A stretch of 64,000 bases of DNA from contig NC_091283.1 in assembly GCF_032444005.1 (NCBI RefSeq), positions 602,950,001-603,014,000 on the forward strand. The letters are read 5' to 3'. The notes under the pieces were generated by a model. It was not told where the DNA came from. It ran no database searches and saw nothing but the letters and a program-made list of their open reading frames with translations. This document shows, piece by piece, positions 61,158 through 64,000 of the stretch. A program made the translations under genes and the position numbers. Each line of letters starts with the position of its first letter. Positions within the stretch are counted from its first letter, which is position 1. The stretch comes from Ranitomeya imitator (taxonomy: Eukaryota).

Positions 61158-64000
61158 CATTACATAAGGGGATGTGTCCCCTTAAGGGTAGACCTATTGT
61201 ATCGGGTATTGGGAGTATTAGTCATCATGTAGGTGTATATCTCGATGAGATACTCAGACCCTTTGTGAGCTCTTTGCCTTCGTATATTAGAGATACGACG
61301 GATTTGTTGAACAAACTGGATAATATCAGTATTGAACCAGGAGTATATCTAGCTAGTGTTGATATTGAAGCACTTTATTCGTCTATTCCACATAAGTTTG
61401 GGATCATGGGGGTCAAGCACTTTCTGAGTACTAGAGGCTGTCAGTATACCCCCCATAATGAACTGATCATCTATCTCCTCCAGTTTGTTTTACAGAACAA
61501 CTTCTTCAGCTTTGATGGGAAAGTCCTCCACCAGCTCAGGGGCACCGCCATGGGCAATCCATGTGCGCCTAGTTACGCCAATCTGTTCCTGGGCTGGTGG
61601 GAGGACACCATCGTTTTTTCTGATAAATACATGTATCTGACCAACCACATTGACCTTTGGGTCAGATTTATCGATGACGTTTTTATCCTATGGCGAGGTA
61701 CTGTAGTGGAATTCCAGGAGTTCATCAATTTGTTAAATCTTAATGAGATGGACCTGAGACTTACATATGAAATTGACCCCAAGAAATTAGCATTTCTGGA
61801 TGTTTTGATTACTAAATCAGAAAAGAAGGATACGTTGGAGACTACCATTTTCCGTAAACCCACCTCCACAAATTCTTTGTTGAGGTGGGAAAGCCATCAT
61901 CCATACTCTCTAAAAATGGGAATACCCAAAGGCCAATACTTGAGGCTTAAAAGAAACTGCTCAAGTACAAAAGACTTCAAAGTGAAGGCGGATGATCTCC
62001 GCCAAAGGTTTTTAACTAAGGGGTACCCTGATAAAATACTGAGAGAAGCTTTCAAAAATGCCAATCAGAAAGAGAGGAGAGAACTCATGGTACCCAGAAA
62101 GAAGGCGGAGAATGCAGATGGTAGGGCACGGCTCATATGTACTTATGACAATGGGGCCCAAATGGTCAGAGAAATTATCCAAAAACATTGGGGCATTCTC
62201 CAGATGGATGAGGACATAAAGGACTTTGTAGGGGAGAGACCACAGATAACCTATAGAAGGAGTAGAACAATAGGAAATCGTTTGGTGCACAGTCATTTTG
62301 TTGCACCTTCAACAGAGAAAATGTGGTTACCGGTCAGAACTCAGGGAAGCTATCGTTGTGGGAGTTGTGTGGCCTGTGAATACATATCGGTATGCCAAAT
62401 GTTCGATGGCCCCGACAGGTCCTTTGAGAGCAGAGATTTCATTAACTGTAAAACGAAGGGCGTCATTTATCGCATCTCTTGCAGATGTGGCAAGTCTTAT
62501 GTTGGAAAAACTATCAGAGAGTTCAGAAGGAGAATAGGAGAACACCTGGGTGATATCCGAAATAGGAGGGACACAACTGTTGCCAGACATGTAAATGGAT
62601 CACATAATGGTGACCTTAAAGTCATACAATTCATGGGGATTGAGAAGGTTAAACCACCAAGAAGAGGGGGAGATTTTGACAGGATCTTGCTTCAGAAAGA
62701 AGCAAGATGGATATTTCGCTTGGATACCTGTTACCCCCATGGCTTAAATGAGCAGTTGAGTTACAGGTGCTTCCTATGAATAGATGTATAAATTATTTTA
62801 TCCTCCGATCGGTGTTCAGAGATAGGTATATGATTTTTTCTAGTGATTTTTTCTAGTTATTTTTGCATTTTATGCATAATGTTCTTTGATGTATTATAAT
62901 TGCATGTTGTTTGAGCGGTTTCGGTTCGTGGTACATGCCTTCCAGCCAATAAAACAGGATATACTATTATGACCTTGAACGCACGGCAGCCATTGCTGCG
63001 TTTGTGTTACTATTTTTCTCTGACCTGCACTTTATATGGTTTGAAACAGAGATTCTGGTTTTATATATGGATAATGACAAATCGGGCTGATCTTCCATTT
63101 TTTAGCGGGTTCTCCAGCAATATTAACATCTATATTCATAATAACAATGTTGATAGATGAAAAAGTTTTTCCTATCCCCGTAACAACTAAGTAATACCTA
63201 CCTTGTAGTTATGAATAACTGTTAAAATTTATAACCTAACATCATTATTGGTTGCATAGTATATGCTTAAACACATATGGTACTCCTTACTTTAGGGTCA
63301 CATAGATATCGGGAGAGGAATGGTGTGTATACCCAGCTTCCCTCTTTGTATATCTTAGTTTTCATATGTGCAGCATTGTACCGTTACCTCCGTGGTATAT
63401 ATAGATGTGTATACCTTATTGCGTTATGTCAGGTGACTGGGTATGTTGAAATTGATGGTTGTACACCGACATTATGCGCTTGGGTTTGAATGTACTCCCC
63501 ATTGCTTTACTGGCAATATGGACACCAGTGAAGTTATACTTAGCGCTGGTAGATTGATCTAATGTGTCTCTCACACGTTCTTAGTATTGGCAGTGATAGC
63601 ATGACGCTTGTATGTTGCCAGGTTACCGTACTACGTTATATCCGGCCCCACGGAAATTCTGTATTGGTATTATGGTTCCATTTACCTGGAATGGGAGCCA
63701 TGGTACCTGTGGTGCCGGAGGTGCGCCTTTTTGGTGCGATAAGTGCATGTCAGCGGCGCATTTAGGACGCTGTGTGAGAGTGACATATCAAGAGTTGGAC
63801 GGCGCGGTGAGGACGCAGTCTGGTAGTTTACACGCATGCCTGGGTGCGCACTCCCATGCCGGCCGCGGGGGGAAACATATACGGGGTGCACCTACATTGC
63901 CGCCGTAAACAACGGCAGGTGATATGTGGGCAGAATCTAGGTCCCGCATGCGCAGTGGCCCAAAGTGAGCGGGCCACTCGCGGCCGCCGGCAATAGATAT
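61158..64000 (+). mobile_element. Penelope-like element (Neptune-like), 5'-truncated, continuing past the window end
   Basis: Begins inside the RT (LHKGMCPLKGRPIVS). RT plus GIY-YIG ORF ends at 62779 and is followed by a long non-coding trailer that mirrors 58857-60083. Confidence 0.93.
61172..62779 (+). CDS. PLE reverse transcriptase plus C-terminal GIY-YIG endonuclease (partial, 535 aa, 5'-truncated)
   Basis: GRPIVS, SVDIEALYSSI, GTAMGNPCAPSYANLF, RFIDDVF, a cysteine-rich linker RCGSCVAC, and GIY-YIG GVIYRISCRCGKSYVGKT..RIGEH. Confidence 0.93.
   Translation: MCPLKGRPIVSGIGSISHHVGVYLDEILRPFVSSLPSYIRDTTDLLNKLDNISIEPGVYLASVDIEALYSSIPHKFGIMGVKHFLSTRGCQYTPHNELIIYLLQFVLQNNFFSFDGKVLHQLRGTAMGNPCAPSYANLFLGWWEDTIVFSDKYMYLTNHIDLWVRFIDDVFILWRGTVVEFQEFINLLNLNEMDLRLTYEIDPKKLAFLDVLITKSEKKDTLETTIFRKPTSTNSLLRWESHHPYSLKMGIPKGQYLRLKRNCSSTKDFKVKADDLRQRFLTKGYPDKILREAFKNANQKERRELMVPRKKAENADGRARLICTYDNGAQMVREIIQKHWGILQMDEDIKDFVGERPQITYRRSRTIGNRLVHSHFVAPSTEKMWLPVRTQGSYRCGSCVACEYISVCQMFDGPDRSFESRDFINCKTKGVIYRISCRCGKSYVGKTIREFRRRIGEHLGDIRNRRDTTVARHVNGSHNGDLKVIQFMGIEKVKPPRRGGDFDRILLQKEARWIFRLDTCYPHGLNEQLSYRCFL

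Noticed and set aside
61172-62779. Possible selenocysteine recoding or N-terminal endonuclease (Naiad/Chlamys-type PLE)
   Set aside because: The ORF has no in-frame TGA and the GIY-YIG domain is C-terminal.

Overview
Vertebrate genomic DNA, most likely a large-genome frog. This is inferred from the TTAA/T2-type MITEs, Tc1 and hAT families and LTR types; the species cannot be fixed from sequence alone. The only host gene visible is the 3' end of a T-type (Cav3) voltage-gated calcium channel alpha-1 gene on the + strand: three exons at 4412-4586, 8971-9104 and 9457-10221 with matching splice phases. Most of the rest is transposon-derived. (1) A 21.3-kb hAT DNA transposon (23341-44668) has TIRs, a perfect 8-bp TSD and an uninterrupted 1091-aa BED-finger DDE transposase; most of its length is hierarchical tandem arrays. 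It lies in a four-level nest: Tc1 > LTR > hAT > solo LTR. (2) Penelope-like (PLE) retroelement sequences carry type I hammerhead ribozyme motifs: three with intact cores (1887-1927, 19068-19140, 58515-58557) and one decayed. Each lies in an element with an inverted duplication, from 22 bp to at least 2.3 kb, the largest being an RT/GIY-YIG-coding palindrome. (3) Also present are an intact-looking Tc1 DD34E element, a minisatellite-filled non-autonomous Helitron, a second degraded array-flanked hAT, a Gmr1-like Gypsy fragment, a DIRS/Ngaro RT fragment and five solo LTRs with TSDs. All family assignments come from motif recognition by eye; no database search or folding program was run.
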